A DNA stretch of 64,000 bases. Source: an uncultured Alphaproteobacteria bacterium (GTDB lineage Bacteria; Pseudomonadota; Alphaproteobacteria; ATCC43930; CGMCC-115725). The notes under the pieces were generated by a model. It made no database searches, was not told the origin of the DNA, and saw only the letters and a list, made by a program, of their open reading frames with translations. Position numbers and translations under genes: made by a program. This document shows positions 43,713 to 56,332 of the stretch, piece by piece. How positions within the stretch are numbered: position 1 is the stretch's first letter; every line of letters starts with the position of its first letter. The stretch covers positions 184,263 to 248,262 of the forward strand of contig CAWAVV010000011.1 of assembly GCA_963785565.1 (NCBI GenBank), written 5' to 3'.

Positions 43713-43801
43713 GTCATGGTGAGCGAGGCGAAGCAATCTCAGGCCACGGCGCTGGTCGGGTCGGGATTGCTTCGTCGCGCGCGGGCGCTCCTCGCAATGA
43801 C
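43713..43801. repeat. REP/MITE-like palindromic element, family A
   Basis: GTCATGGTGAGCGAGGCGAAGCAATCT…GATTGCTTCGTCGC…CTCGCAATGAC has the same architecture and many identical positions as 54440-54527. Confidence 0.6.
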
Positions 43802-43853
43802 AGTGCCCCTGTTTGAAAGAAACCTAGACAGATGGTTCCCGGTTTTTCTTCCT

Positions 43854-43949
43854 CGTCGCCCCCGCGGAAGCGGGGGTCCAGGTGCCGTTGGTACGGTGTT
43901 AGCTGCCCCCTGTTCAAGCCAGGGGCAGGCTCTGGGTGCCCGCTTTCGC
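43854..43949. repeat. REP/MITE-like palindromic element, family B
   Basis: CGTCGCCCCCGCGGAAGCGGGGGTCCAGG…CTGGGTGCCCGCTTTCGCGGGCATGACG is the same family as 52128-52209. Confidence 0.6.
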
Positions 43950-43997
43950 GGGCATGACGAAAAAGGAGGGCGGGAACCAAGCGTCAAATTCGTACCA

Positions 43998-45050
43998 CTA
44001 GGCGCGGCGCTGGCGCTCGACCTGCATGTTGGCGAGAAACGGCACCAGCGGGTGGCCGCCCATCGCAACGATCGCGCGCGTGTCCAATGCGACGAGCGCC
44101 TCGCGCTGCGGCGGGGGCAGGCGGAAGCGATCGGCGTAGGCGCCGGGATCGGCGAGGAAGGCGGCGCGGCTGGCCTCGTCATGGGCGAGGCCTTGGAGCG
44201 CCACGGTCAGCTCGACGAGGTCGGGCCTGATCGACGGGTAATGCGGATCGGGCGGAGTTTCCGGCGGGCTGAACCAGCCGAGCGAGGCGTAATTGTGATG
44301 CCAGCTCGGCTCCAGCGAGACGATGTCGGGTTTGCGCTCGCCGAGTGCGCCGGCGGCGCAGGCCCAGCAGCGCAATTCGACATTGCCCGAGGCGTCGAGC
44401 TCGGCCGCATCATAGCCGATCAATGATTTTAGGTGGCCGGCGGCGAGCCGGTCGAGCGCCTTTCTGTCCCAGGCGAGATCGGGCTCGGCATAGCGCTCGG
44501 TGCCCGGGTAATGCGACATGCCGCCGCTCGCCAGCACCGCCGTCTTCAGCCCCATCGCCGTGACAATCCGCGCCAAGGCCTGGCCAAAGGCATAGCAGCG
44601 CTCCATCGTCGGCTGCGGCGGCAGATAGGCGTTGACGTAGATCGGCAGGACCGGGTCGCTGACATCGAGATGGGTCAGCGGGATGCCGAGCGCGTAGTCG
44701 ATCTTGGCGACGCTGGTGAAGGCCGGGTCGAAACCCTGGGCATACATCCGGCGCACGATCTCGAAGCCGATCTCGCCCGGCACCCGCCAATCGAACTGAT
44801 GGCCGGCGAAGGAGCCCTTGGCTTCGCCGCCGACATGGATCGTGAAGGGCGGGGCGGCGGTATGAAAGAACTGCTCGGCATGGTCGTTGGCGAAGATGAC
44901 CCACAGATCGGGGCGCAATGCCCGGAGCTTGGCGCCGATCTCGGCAGCTGCCTGTTTGACCCGCGCGACCGTGCCGCGGTCCTCGGTTTCGGGCATCGTA
45001 AAGAATTGCGGGGCATGGGGCAGCATCGCCCCGCCAATCACGCTTGACAT
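43998..45050 (-). CDS. Class III extradiol ring-cleavage dioxygenase (LigB-like, with a LigA-like C-terminal extension)
   Basis: MLPHAPQF…VIFANDHAEQF…ASGGMSHYPG are LigB motifs. The C-terminal …LADPGAYADRFRLPPPQREALVALD is LigA-like. Confidence 0.8.
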   Translation of the reverse strand: MSSVIGGAMLPHAPQFFTMPETEDRGTVARVKQAAAEIGAKLRALRPDLWVIFANDHAEQFFHTAAPPFTIHVGGEAKGSFAGHQFDWRVPGEIGFEIVRRMYAQGFDPAFTSVAKIDYALGIPLTHLDVSDPVLPIYVNAYLPPQPTMERCYAFGQALARIVTAMGLKTAVLASGGMSHYPGTERYAEPDLAWDRKALDRLAAGHLKSLIGYDAAELDASGNVELRCWACAAGALGERKPDIVSLEPSWHHNYASLGWFSPPETPPDPHYPSIRPDLVELTVALQGLAHDEASRAAFLADPGAYADRFRLPPPQREALVALDTRAIVAMGGHPLVPFLANMQVERQRRA

Positions 45051-45527
45051 CGCCGCCCTTTCTCCGGATCGATCGCCGATCGATAATATCGCCGCTCATG
45101 CCAGTCTCGCGAGCGCCAAAATGCCGCCCGAGGAAACGCCCCAGATGCCGCCAGCCGACGACGATCCGCCGAGCGATCGGGTCAGCGCCGACCTCCCCGC
45201 AGGCTCAGCCGCCGATGCTGCGCCGGGTGCGCCGCCGAGCGTCGCAAGCGAGTCCGAAGGGCGAAGCGAAGCCTCGCCCGGTGACCCGCTGCGCCGTCGC
45301 CGGCGGCGCCGGCGGCGACGCCCGCCCCTTGACGCCGGCCCCGCGGCGGGCAAAGACCCTGCCGCGATATCGGCCGATCAGGCGCCGTCGGGCGCGAATG
45401 CCGCCGTCGTCGATCCGGGGGTCGGCGACGGCGGCGCCGAGGCAGGCCCGACGCCGGGTGCGGGGGCACTATACGGCCGGCGATCGCCCGCACCGCCGGC
45501 GGCGTCGCCGGCGCCGGCCGCCGCCTG

Positions 45528-46448
45528 TTGGTTTGGGATCCGCGCTGCCGCCGGCCGATCGCGGTGCGGCGACGCAGAACGCCACAGGTGACGGCTCTCA
45601 GCTGGACAGCGCCGCGAGCGGCGAACCCGGCGCGGCCGCGGCCGCGCCCGAGGCCGCTCGTGGTGCGACAGGTTATCTCCGGCTGCCGGTGCGCCGGCGG
45701 CGGCGGCTTCCGCGCCCGCCGGGCCTGCAACGCGGAGCGGCGGAAGTGGCGCCGCCGAACGGCGATACGCCCGCGGGCGACACCGCGGTCAGCGCGCCGC
45801 GCGCGGAAGGCGAGTTCCCGCCCCGCCGGCGGCGGCGACGCCCACCCCCGCGTATCGGCGAAGCCGTGCCGGCCGGCCAAGACCAATCAGCCGACAGTGC
45901 GCGGCGGGATACCCCTCGACCGCCGCACGGCCGGGGACCCAACCGCCGTCCCGGAGAGGAAAGACTCGCGCGACGGTCAACCTCAGCGATTTGGGGAGCA
46001 GCAACATCGCGAGCGAGGCCGCGGACCGCGTGATGGTGACAGCAGCGGCCCACGCGGCCGCGAACGCGGCGAGCGGGGCGCGCGCGGACGAGGTCCGGGC
46101 GGCCCGAGAGATGGGCAGCGCGGGCGGGGGCGCGATGCGCCGGCAAGACGCGTCGAGCAGAAGCTCTATACGTTGGAGTTGATGGTCGATCGCGGTTTTG
46201 AGGATGTCGCGGACGAGGCCGAGGATAGCGGGACGCGGCGGGTTCACTGGACGATCGTCAAGCGATCGGTCGCCGACCAGAAGAGCGGCAAGGCGATGTC
46301 GAGTACATATGTGTTGCAGCGTGAAAGCGCCGAGACCGAGTTTCCCAATCTCGGGGCCGCCCGCGCTGCCGCCAACAAGACCATCGTCCACCCTGAAAAG
46401 CTGACGATGTCGAAGGCGGAACACGTCGCGGCCAAAAACAGCAAGTGA
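45528..46448 (+). CDS. Arg/Gly/Pro-rich low-complexity protein with a small conserved-looking C-terminal domain; 5' boundary unresolved
   Basis: The C-terminus KLYTLELMVDRGFEDVADEAEDSGTRRVHWTIVKRSVADQKSGKAMSSTYVLQRESAETEFPNLGAARAAANKTIVHPEKLTMSKAEHVAAK looks globular. Upstream is RGG/RGR-rich. All three frames are open between about 45100 and 45900. Confidence 0.45.
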   Translation: MVWDPRCRRPIAVRRRRTPQVTALSWTAPRAANPARPRPRPRPLVVRQVISGCRCAGGGGFRARRACNAERRKWRRRTAIRPRATPRSARRARKASSRPAGGGDAHPRVSAKPCRPAKTNQPTVRGGIPLDRRTAGDPTAVPERKDSRDGQPQRFGEQQHRERGRGPRDGDSSGPRGRERGERGARGRGPGGPRDGQRGRGRDAPARRVEQKLYTLELMVDRGFEDVADEAEDSGTRRVHWTIVKRSVADQKSGKAMSSTYVLQRESAETEFPNLGAARAAANKTIVHPEKLTMSKAEHVAAKNSK

Positions 46449-46473
46449 GCCGGGCGGCCCGCCGCCTGCGCCG

Positions 46474-46875
46474 CTATTCGGCGGCGTTGCGCTCCCGCAT
46501 CTTCTCGTAGCGCCCCTGCGGCACGATCTCGGCGACGGTGCCGTCGGGCGAGCGGTATTTGATCGGGATCTCGCCGGGCTTGGACAGGATCGTCCCGCCA
46601 TTTGCGACGACCTTCTCGGCGAAGCCCTCGTGGTCCTCGACCTCGATGCCGAAATGGTGGATCGCCGGGCCGGGGCCGACCATCTTCGCCTCGGCATCGT
46701 CCTCGCTGTCATAGACCATCAATGCCAGATCGATATAGCCGTCGGTCATGTGCCGCGAGATGTGCCCGCGCGAACGCCCGGTCCCGACCTGGCGAAAACC
46801 GTAGACGTTCTCGTAGAACCGGGTCGCTTTTTCGAGATCGGTCACCTTCAGCGCGACGTGGTTGATCCGTGCCAT
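46474..46875 (-). CDS. VOC (glyoxalase/bleomycin-resistance/dioxygenase) family protein
   Basis: The internal start is MARINHVALKVTDLEKATRFYENVYGF…HHFGIEVED. Confidence 0.8.
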   Translation of the reverse strand: MARINHVALKVTDLEKATRFYENVYGFRQVGTGRSRGHISRHMTDGYIDLALMVYDSEDDAEAKMVGPGPAIHHFGIEVEDHEGFAEKVVANGGTILSKPGEIPIKYRSPDGTVAEIVPQGRYEKMRERNAAE

Positions 46876-46885
46876 TGCGTCATTC

Positions 46886-48148
46886 CTATTCATTGCCGCC
46901 GTCATAGGGCGCGACCACCGTCCCCGTCCGGTATTGCGAGGGTTCGAGGATCGTCTCGGTTTTGGTGTCCTTGAACTGGTCGAGGCTGTTGCTTTTGATA
47001 TTTTGCCACTGCACTTCGAGCACCCTGGACTTCGACCATTCACCGTCTTTGCCGAAGGTGATGTCGCCGACGATGGTCTTGAACGGATGACTGCGGATGT
47101 AGTCGGCGACCTTATCCTGGTCGAGGCTGTTGGCGCCGCTGATCGCGTCGCCCAGCACCTGCAGATCGGCATAAGCAAACGGCGGCAGGTACCAGCCCAC
47201 CGGGTCGACCCCGGCCTTGCCTGCCTTGGACTGGTATTCTTTTAAGAAATCGAGGATGCCGGGGAACTGCATCGTCGGCGCCGGTATCCAGAAATCGTAA
47301 TCGATGATGTTGTTGAGCTTGGGTCCGAACTGTTTTTTGATCGGTGTAAATTGCAGTCCGACCATGCCGCCGCCGAAGAAACGGGTCTTGAGCCCCAATT
47401 CGGTCGCGGCGCGCAGCATGCCGACCGAACCCGGGGGGTAGGAGGCGACATACACCATGTCGGGGTTGGTCGCCTGAATGGCATGGACGATCGGGGTGAA
47501 ATCGGCCGTGCCCGGCGGATAGGTCTTATCGTAGACGAGCTGGAGCCCGTTTTGCTTGACGATGTCGCGGATGCCCTCCGAGGCGTGTCTCGGGAATTCG
47601 GAATCCTCGGCGAGCAGAGCCAAGGTCTTCGGTTTCGGGTTGGCTGCCAGCGCAACGTCGAAGAACGGCTGGGCATTGGCATGCTTGGGATCGGGTCCCA
47701 TCGGGAGCATCGAGAAATATTTCGGATAGTGGAACTCGCTGTTGACCGCGAGCCCGAACAGGCCAAGGAACACTTTGTCATGCGCAATCGCGATCGGCAT
47801 TGCCGGGGCGATCTGGTTGGTGCCATAACCCGAAATAATGAAGTCGACTTTGTCGACGTCGAGCATCTTGGTGTAGATGCCCGGCACCGTCGCCGGGTTC
47901 GACTGGTCGTCGTAGTAGATCAGCTTGACCGGCCGGCCCAGCAGACCGCCCTTGGCGTTGATCTGATCCTGCCAGATCTGCATCGCCAGCAAGGCCGATT
48001 TGCCGCCGCCGGCGAGCCCTCCGGTCAGCGCCATGCCGAGGCCGATCGTGATCGGCTCCGCCGCCTGTACCGCACCCGATACCAATACGCACGCCGTCAA
48101 CCCCGCGGCCGCGACCCCGAGCGCATATCGAATTCTCTGCCGAAACAT
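46886..48148 (-). CDS. ABC transporter substrate-binding protein (branched-chain amino-acid/LivK-like)
   Basis: MFRQRIRYALGVAAAGLTACVLVSGAVQA is a signal peptide. It is followed by EPITIGLGMALTGGLAGGGKSALLAMQIWQDQINAKGGLLGRPVKLIYYDDQSNP. Confidence 0.85.
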   Translation of the reverse strand: MFRQRIRYALGVAAAGLTACVLVSGAVQAAEPITIGLGMALTGGLAGGGKSALLAMQIWQDQINAKGGLLGRPVKLIYYDDQSNPATVPGIYTKMLDVDKVDFIISGYGTNQIAPAMPIAIAHDKVFLGLFGLAVNSEFHYPKYFSMLPMGPDPKHANAQPFFDVALAANPKPKTLALLAEDSEFPRHASEGIRDIVKQNGLQLVYDKTYPPGTADFTPIVHAIQATNPDMVYVASYPPGSVGMLRAATELGLKTRFFGGGMVGLQFTPIKKQFGPKLNNIIDYDFWIPAPTMQFPGILDFLKEYQSKAGKAGVDPVGWYLPPFAYADLQVLGDAISGANSLDQDKVADYIRSHPFKTIVGDITFGKDGEWSKSRVLEVQWQNIKSNSLDQFKDTKTETILEPSQYRTGTVVAPYDGGNE

Positions 48149-48180
48149 CTGCTTCTTTCCCTGTTTGCCTGTTCCCCCGC

Positions 48181-49221
48181 TTAGCCGCTCGCGCCGACAA
48201 AGCGATAGACGCCATCGGGACCGAGCACGCGGTCGAGCGCGCCCTGAACCATCAGATAATGCAGGTGGGCGAGAGACTCGCCAAGCGCAAACGCCGTCTG
48301 GTGCCGGTCGAGCGGACGGCGGAACAAGAGCGGCAGCAGATCCACCGCGCTTTGCGGGGCGACGCACGCGCTCAGGATCTCCTTGCACCGCGCCTGGTGG
48401 TGCGCGGCGAGCGCGTCGATGCGCGGATGCAAACCGAAAAAAGGCAAATTGTGCGACGGCAGCACCAGGACCTCAGGCGGAACCGCTGCCCGCAGCTTTG
48501 CGAGCGAGGCGAGATAGCGCGCCAGCGGGTCGCCGTCAGGTTCGTGCGCCTGGACTGAGACGTTGGGCGAGATCTTGGGCAATACCTGGTCACCCGAGAT
48601 CAGCACGCCCGCTTCGGCGCAAAAGAGACAGGCCAGTTCGGGGGCGTGGCCCTCGCCGACGATGACCCGCCATTCGCGCCCGCCGATCGCCACGCTCATC
48701 CCATCGGCGAGCCGTTCGAACGAGGGCGGCACCGAGGGCACGCCGCGGCGATATCCCTTTCCGTGCTCGCCAAAGAGCTCGCTCGACGCGGCATCGAGCC
48801 CGGCGCGGCGGGCAAATTCGCGGCGCGAGGACACGAAGTCGTCGCTTTCGCGGCTCATTACTCGGGCATGAAGCCACTCCTTTTCGGTGGTCCACAATTG
48901 CACCCGCCAGCGCTCGCACAGCCAGCCAGCGAGCCCGATATGGTCGGGATGGTAATGGGTGACGATGACTCTGGCGACTGGCCGCCCGCCAAGCCGCTCG
49001 GCAAAAATCCGCTCCCACAGCGCCCTGCTCTCTGGCATCGCGTAGCCGGTATCGACGATCGTCCAGGCGTCGCCGTCCGCGATCAGCCACAGATTGATGT
49101 GATCGAGCGCAAAGGGCAGCGGCATCCGCAACCACAGCACTCCGGGCGCGATCGTCACGGTCTCGCCCGGCGCGGGCGGCTCGGCAACCGGAAAGCGCAG
49201 CGGGGCGAAACTTCCATCCAT
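48181..49221 (-). CDS. MBL-fold metallo-hydrolase
   Basis: INLWLIADGDAWTIVDTG…VIVTHYHPDHIGLAGWL contains the HxHxDH motif. Confidence 0.8.
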   Translation of the reverse strand: MDGSFAPLRFPVAEPPAPGETVTIAPGVLWLRMPLPFALDHINLWLIADGDAWTIVDTGYAMPESRALWERIFAERLGGRPVARVIVTHYHPDHIGLAGWLCERWRVQLWTTEKEWLHARVMSRESDDFVSSRREFARRAGLDAASSELFGEHGKGYRRGVPSVPPSFERLADGMSVAIGGREWRVIVGEGHAPELACLFCAEAGVLISGDQVLPKISPNVSVQAHEPDGDPLARYLASLAKLRAAVPPEVLVLPSHNLPFFGLHPRIDALAAHHQARCKEILSACVAPQSAVDLLPLLFRRPLDRHQTAFALGESLAHLHYLMVQGALDRVLGPDGVYRFVGASG

Positions 49222-49375
49222 GATCGGTTTTCTTCCCGGGTCGCGAATTGACGCCTAGGGTAAGACCGTGCATTAGTCCCGAGCAAGCGATGAGCCCGCC
49301 GGTCAGCATTGCTGCGCCGGCGGGCGCTTTGCACTTGAGCGAGGAAGACTTGCACTTCGGGCGAGGATTAGGGCG

Positions 49376-50956
49376 ATGCGTGACTTCAATATTCCCGGAC
49401 GCTCGGCGGCAATGGCGGCGAACGGGATGGCGGCGACCTCGTCCCCGATGGCGACATTGACGGCGCTCGACGTGCTGCGCGCGGGCGGCAACGCCGCAGA
49501 CGCAGCGATTGCCGCGGTCGCCGTGCAATGCGTCGTCGAACCGGAAAGCACCGGGATCGGCGGGGATTGTTTTGTTCTTTATTCGCGCGGCGGCGCGCTT
49601 CCGGTCGCGCTCAACGGCTCGGGACGGGCGCCGGCCAAAGCCAAGGTCGAATGGTATGTCGAGCACCGCATTCACGAAATCGAGGTTCCCACCCCGCATG
49701 CCGTGACCATCCCTGGCGCTGTCGACGCCTGGTGCACCTTCAACCGCGAGTACGGTACCCGGCCGCTCGCCGAATTGCTGGAGCCGGCGGCGCGGGCGGC
49801 CGAAGCGGGTTATGTCGTGACCCCGCGGGTCGCGGCCGACTGGCGGCGCAACCAGGCCAAGCTGCGCGACCCGGTGACCGCCGCGCTGTTCCTGCCCGGC
49901 GGCAAGCCACCCGGGGCCGGCGATCGGATGGCGAACCCGCCGCTCGCCGCCACGTTGCGCCGGATCGGCCGCGAGGGTCGCGAGGCCTTTTACGACGGCG
50001 CCGTTATGCGCGACATCGTCACTCGCCTCAAATCGCTCGGTGGGTTGCACGAGGAGGAGGATTTCGCGGCGCAGCGTTCAAACTGGGTCGAGCCGATTAC
50101 TGCCCCCTATCGCGGCTACGATGTCTACGAGTGCCCACCGAATGGGCAGGGCCTGGCCGCGCTGATGATCCTGCGCACGCTCGAAGGCTATGCGCTCGGC
50201 GGCGACGAATTCAGCGAGGCCGACCGTCTGCATCTGCTCGCCGAGGCGAACAAGGCGGCCTATTGGGTGCGCGACAATTTCATCGGCGACCCCGATCATG
50301 TCACGGTCGACGTGGCGGAGTATCTGTCGGAGTCCAGGGCGGAGAAGACTCGCCGCACGATCCGGCTCGATCGTGCACTGCCAGGGCCGCATTGGGCCGA
50401 AATCGAGCAGAAGGACACGGTCTATCTCTGCGTCGTCGACCGCGACGGCAATGCCTGCTCGTTCATCAACTCGCTGTTCTCGGGCTTCGGCAGCGGGATC
50501 GTGGCGCCCGAAAGCGGCGTGTTGCTGCATAACCGCGGCACCGGGTTCCGCACCATCCCCGGCCATCCCAATGCGATCGCGCCGCGCAAGCGCCCGTTGC
50601 ACACGATCATTCCCGGAATGCTGGTCAAGGACGGCCGCGCGGTGATGCCGTTTGGCGTGATGGGTGGGCACTATCAGTCGGTCGGCCATGCGCATTTCCT
50701 GCACCGCATGCTCGACCGCGGCCTGGACCCGCAGCAAGCCGCCGAGCAGCCGCGCATCCTCGCACTCAACGGCGTCTTACAGGTCGAGCGTGCGGTTCCC
50801 GAGCCGATTGTCGCCGACCTCGCGCGCCGCGGCCACGAAATCGCGGTACAGGAGGTCCCGCTCGGCGGTTGCCAGGCGATCTGGATCGACCATCGGCGCG
50901 GCGTCCTGATCGGCGGGTCGGAGCCTCGCAAGGACGGCCTCGCGCTCGGCTATTGA
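49376..50956 (+). CDS. ggt: Gamma-glutamyltransferase family protein
   Basis: [49 protein letters not shown]…[13 protein letters not shown]…PGMLVKDG. Confidence 0.85.
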   Translation: MRDFNIPGRSAAMAANGMAATSSPMATLTALDVLRAGGNAADAAIAAVAVQCVVEPESTGIGGDCFVLYSRGGALPVALNGSGRAPAKAKVEWYVEHRIHEIEVPTPHAVTIPGAVDAWCTFNREYGTRPLAELLEPAARAAEAGYVVTPRVAADWRRNQAKLRDPVTAALFLPGGKPPGAGDRMANPPLAATLRRIGREGREAFYDGAVMRDIVTRLKSLGGLHEEEDFAAQRSNWVEPITAPYRGYDVYECPPNGQGLAALMILRTLEGYALGGDEFSEADRLHLLAEANKAAYWVRDNFIGDPDHVTVDVAEYLSESRAEKTRRTIRLDRALPGPHWAEIEQKDTVYLCVVDRDGNACSFINSLFSGFGSGIVAPESGVLLHNRGTGFRTIPGHPNAIAPRKRPLHTIIPGMLVKDGRAVMPFGVMGGHYQSVGHAHFLHRMLDRGLDPQQAAEQPRILALNGVLQVERAVPEPIVADLARRGHEIAVQEVPLGGCQAIWIDHRRGVLIGGSEPRKDGLALGY

Positions 50957-51777
50957 CGCACGGGATCGCCGAAATCGGCTTTGCCCGCCGCGACGGGGTC
51001 ACCCGCCTCGCTCATCTTTATCAGGCCGACCCGCTGCGCGTGCTGTTCCCGGCCCCGGAAGCAGATGATCCGATCCAGGCGGCGCTGGTCACAACTTCGG
51101 GCGGGCTGGTCGCCGGCGACCATATCGACATCACTGTTCGCGTCGATGCCGAGGCGAGCGCGCATGTCACGGCCTCGGCGGCTGAAAAGATCTACCGCTC
51201 GACCGGCATGACAACCGTGGTGCGCCAAGCGCTGACGGTGGGCGACGGCGGCGCACTCGAATTCCTGCCGCCCGAGACGATCGTGTTCGACCGCGCGCGT
51301 CTCGAGCGCGAGAGTACGATCGAGCTTGCGCGGGATGCTGTGTTCCTTGGCGGCAACATCGTGGTTTTTGGCCGCCGCGCCCGCGGCGAGCGCTTCACCC
51401 GCGGATTTCTGCGCGATGTGTGGGAGGTGCAGTGCGAAGGCTGCCTCGTTTGGGGCGATGCGCTGCATCTCGACGGGGATATCGCCGCGATCGTCGCCGA
51501 TCCCGCCTGCTTCGACGGCGCAGCGGGTTTCGCCACCTTGATCCTGGCGCCCGCTCGTCGCGATCCACAGAGATTTGTCGACGGCGCTCGCGCGGTCCAG
51601 GCTGCCGTGCCACAGGGGGTCAGGGCCGGTGTTACCGCAGTCGGCGGCCTCGTTGTGGCCCGCTGGCTGGCCGCCGACGCGGCCCTGCTGCGCCGCGCCT
51701 ATGCCGATCTCGCTTGCCATTTGCGTTGCGAGGCGATGGGATTGCCCCGGCGCCTGCCGCGGATTTGGCACGTATGA
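50953..51777 (+). CDS. ureD: Urease accessory protein UreD
   Basis: …[19 protein letters not shown]…[10 protein letters not shown]…[10 protein letters not shown]…. The start is uncertain. The TTG at 50953 overlaps the ggt stop. The ORF is open from 50869. Confidence 0.8.
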   Translation: MTHGIAEIGFARRDGVTRLAHLYQADPLRVLFPAPEADDPIQAALVTTSGGLVAGDHIDITVRVDAEASAHVTASAAEKIYRSTGMTTVVRQALTVGDGGALEFLPPETIVFDRARLERESTIELARDAVFLGGNIVVFGRRARGERFTRGFLRDVWEVQCEGCLVWGDALHLDGDIAAIVADPACFDGAAGFATLILAPARRDPQRFVDGARAVQAAVPQGVRAGVTAVGGLVVARWLAADAALLRRAYADLACHLRCEAMGLPRRLPRIWHV

Positions 51778-51796
51778 TGCTGGGTTATCTGATGCG

Positions 51797-52099
51797 ATGA
51801 ACCTGACCCCGCACGAAAAGGACAAGCTGCTGATATCGGTGGCGGCGATGGTCGCCGAGCGCAGGCTGAGGCGCGGCGTCAAGCTCAACTACCCCGAGGC
51901 GGTGGCGCTGATTACCGATTATGTGCTGGAAGGCGCCCGCGACGGCAGGAGTGTGGCTGAGCTGATGCGCGACGGCGCGACCGTGATCGGCCGCGAGCAG
52001 GTCATGGAGGGGGTAGCCGAGATGATCGCCGAAATCCAGGTCGAAGCGACCTTTCCCGACGGCACCAAGCTCGTCACCGTCCACGAGCCGATCCGTTGA
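51797..52099 (+). CDS. ureA: Urease subunit gamma
   Basis: [57 protein letters not shown]. Length is 100 aa. Confidence 0.95.
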   Translation: MNLTPHEKDKLLISVAAMVAERRLRRGVKLNYPEAVALITDYVLEGARDGRSVAELMRDGATVIGREQVMEGVAEMIAEIQVEATFPDGTKLVTVHEPIR

Positions 52100-52127
52100 G
52101 TTGGACATTGATCCAAGCGCTTTTTGT

Positions 52128-52209
52128 CGTCACCCCCGACAAAGCCGGGGCCCAGGGATACCGCCAAGACACCCGCTGTCCCTGGGTTCCCGCTTTCGCG
52201 GGAACGACG
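52128..52209. repeat. REP/MITE-like element, family B, in the ureA-ureB spacer
   Basis: CGTCACCCCCGACAAAGCCGGGGCCCAGG…CCTGGGTTCCCGCTTTCGCGGGAACGACG (compare 43854-43949). Confidence 0.6.
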
Positions 52210-52217
52210 AGGTCGTG

Positions 52218-52523
52218 ATGATCCCGGGCGAGTTGCTCCCTGCGGCGGGCGACATCGAAATCAATGCTGGGCGGCCGACCGTGACCTTGACCGTCGCCAA
52301 CACCGGCGACCGCCCGATCCAGGTGGGCTCGCATTATCATTTCTACGAAACGAACTCCGCCCTTTCCTTCGACCGCGAGCAGGCGCGCGGCTATCGGCTC
52401 GACATCCCGGCAGGGACCGCGACACGCTTCGAGCCAGGGCAGAGTCGCGAGGTCAGGCTGGTTGCTTACGTCGGAGCGCGCCGCGTCGTCGGGTTCAACG
52501 GCAAGATCAACGGCTCGTTGTGA
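52218..52523 (+). CDS. ureB: Urease subunit beta
   Basis: [46 protein letters not shown]. Confidence 0.95.
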   Translation: MIPGELLPAAGDIEINAGRPTVTLTVANTGDRPIQVGSHYHFYETNSALSFDREQARGYRLDIPAGTATRFEPGQSREVRLVAYVGARRVVGFNGKINGSL

Positions 52524-52560
52524 ATATGCTCGATCTTTCCCAGCACCCGCCTGTCAAGTT

Positions 52561-52688
52561 CCTCTCCCCCCGCCGGCCGGGGGGAGAGGGTGAGGGGGGC
52601 CAGGGGGCTGACCGGCGTCGCCCACCTCACCCTCCCATCGCTGCGCGACGGGCCCCTCCCTCTCCCCCCTAAAGGGCGGAGAGGGGTG
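52561..52688. repeat. GC-rich palindromic repeat (family C) in the ureB-ureC spacer
   Basis: There is a hairpin CCTCTCCCCCCgccggccGGGGGGAGAGG and a second arm …CCCTCCCTCTCCCCCCtaaagggcGGAGAGGGG. Confidence 0.5.
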
Positions 52689-52704
52689 AATTTGGACTAG
52701 AGCG

Positions 52705-54414
<1,710 letters not shown>

Positions 54415-54439
54415 GCCGATGGGCGTCGCTTTCGCTTTC

Positions 54440-54527
54440 GTCATTACGCGCGCAGCAAAGCAATCTCGCGCCAATGGAGCTTGGCCAGACCAGATTGCTT
54501 CGTCGCCCGCGGCTTCCTCGCAATGAC
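54440..54527. repeat. REP/MITE-like element, family A, in the ureC-ureE spacer
   Basis: GTCATTACGCGCGCAGCAAAGCAATCT…GATTGCTTCGTCGCCCGCGGCTTCCTCGCAATGAC (compare 43713-43801). Confidence 0.6.
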
Positions 54528-54540
54528 CGCAGAGCGACGC

Positions 54541-55011
54541 ATGCGCCGGGCGATCGCGGTCCATCCCCGCGGGCACTGGCCAGAGGGCGAAGCGGTCGAC
54601 GCCGTAACGCTCGCCTATCTTGATCGGCATCGGCGGCGTATTCGCCTCGTCGCCGGTTCAGGCGTGACCTTTCTGCTCGACCTTGCGCGCGCGCAGCATC
54701 TTGGCGATGGCGATGGGCTCGAACTCGACGGCGGCGGCTATGTCCGGGTGCGCGCGGCGCCGGAGCCGGTGTTGGAGATCGAGGCCGAGGATCGTGCCGG
54801 TTTGTTGCGGATCGCCTGGCATCTCGGCAACCGCCATCTGCCATTGCAGGTCGCGGGCGACCGGCTGCGCATCCGCGCCGACCATGTCATCGCCGAGATG
54901 GTCGCCGGTCTCGGCGGAAAACTAACCCGGCTCGACGCGCCGTTCGACCCGGAAACCGGCGCCTATGCCGGCCCCCAGCATCACCAGCACGATGACCACC
55001 ATCACGACTGA
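54541..55011 (+). CDS. ureE: Urease accessory protein UreE (His-rich tail)
   Basis: The internal start is MRRAIAV. …LLRIAWHLGNRHLPLQV… is followed by the C-terminal [13 protein letters not shown]. Confidence 0.85.
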   Translation: MRRAIAVHPRGHWPEGEAVDAVTLAYLDRHRRRIRLVAGSGVTFLLDLARAQHLGDGDGLELDGGGYVRVRAAPEPVLEIEAEDRAGLLRIAWHLGNRHLPLQVAGDRLRIRADHVIAEMVAGLGGKLTRLDAPFDPETGAYAGPQHHQHDDHHHD

Positions 55012-55692
55012 CGCCGTCCTTGCCGATGCCGGGCTCTATCGTATGCTCGCCTGGCTGTCGCCGGGCTTCCCGATCGGCGCCTTCAGTTATTCGCACGGCC
55101 TCGAAGCTGCTGCCGAAGCCGGCCAGGTGCGCGACCGCGCGTCCTTGCAGGGCTGGATTGCCGCGGTCGTCGCACTGGGCGGCGGGCGGGTCGATGCCGA
55201 CATCCTGCGTGATGCGCATCATGCGGCTGCAGCGAACGACATCGAGTTGCTGTCCGTCGCGAACCGCCGCGGGTTGGCCTATCGCGCTACCGCCGAGCTG
55301 GCGCTCGAAACCAGCGCCCAGGGCGAGGCGTTTCTGGCGACATGCCGGGCCGCCTGGCCGGAGCCGTTTATCGACCAGTGGGCGGCGGCGCGCGAAGAAG
55401 CGTGCCATCCCGCGGCCGTTGGCGCGGCAATGGCGCGCGCCGGAATCCCCGTCGCCAGCGCGTTAACAGGATATTTGCAGGCGATGTCGGCAAATTTGAC
55501 ATCCGCGGGTCTGCGGCTCGGCATTGTCGGTCAAACCGATGGCCAGCGGATTCTGGCCGCACTCGAGCCGGTCGTTGTGGAAGCGGCCGCGGCGGCGATC
55601 GCGCGTGATCGGACCGAGTTTGGCGCGGCGACCTTCGCCGTCGATCTCGCCTCGATGGCTCACGAAACCCAATATACGAGGCTGTTCCGCTC

Positions 55693-55696
<4 letters not shown>
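54992..55696 (+). CDS. ureF: Urease accessory protein UreF
   Basis: [30 protein letters not shown]…. An alternative start is at 54965. Confidence 0.85.
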
Positions 55697-56316
<620 letters not shown>

Positions 56317-56332
56317 CCGCGCGGATCAGCTG

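Noticed and set aside
45100-45900. Recurring CGG/CCG-rich blocks, considered as a tandem DNA repeat or CRISPR-like array
   Set aside because: There is no regular repeat-spacer periodicity and the blocks are imperfect and of varying length. This is compositional low complexity in coding or GC-rich DNA.
51766-51782. Sigma-54-like TGGCACgtatgATGC at the end of ureD
   Set aside because: The -12 element deviates (ATGC rather than TTGC). The implied start would lie only a few nucleotides before the ureA ATG, inside an operon. It is probably a chance match.
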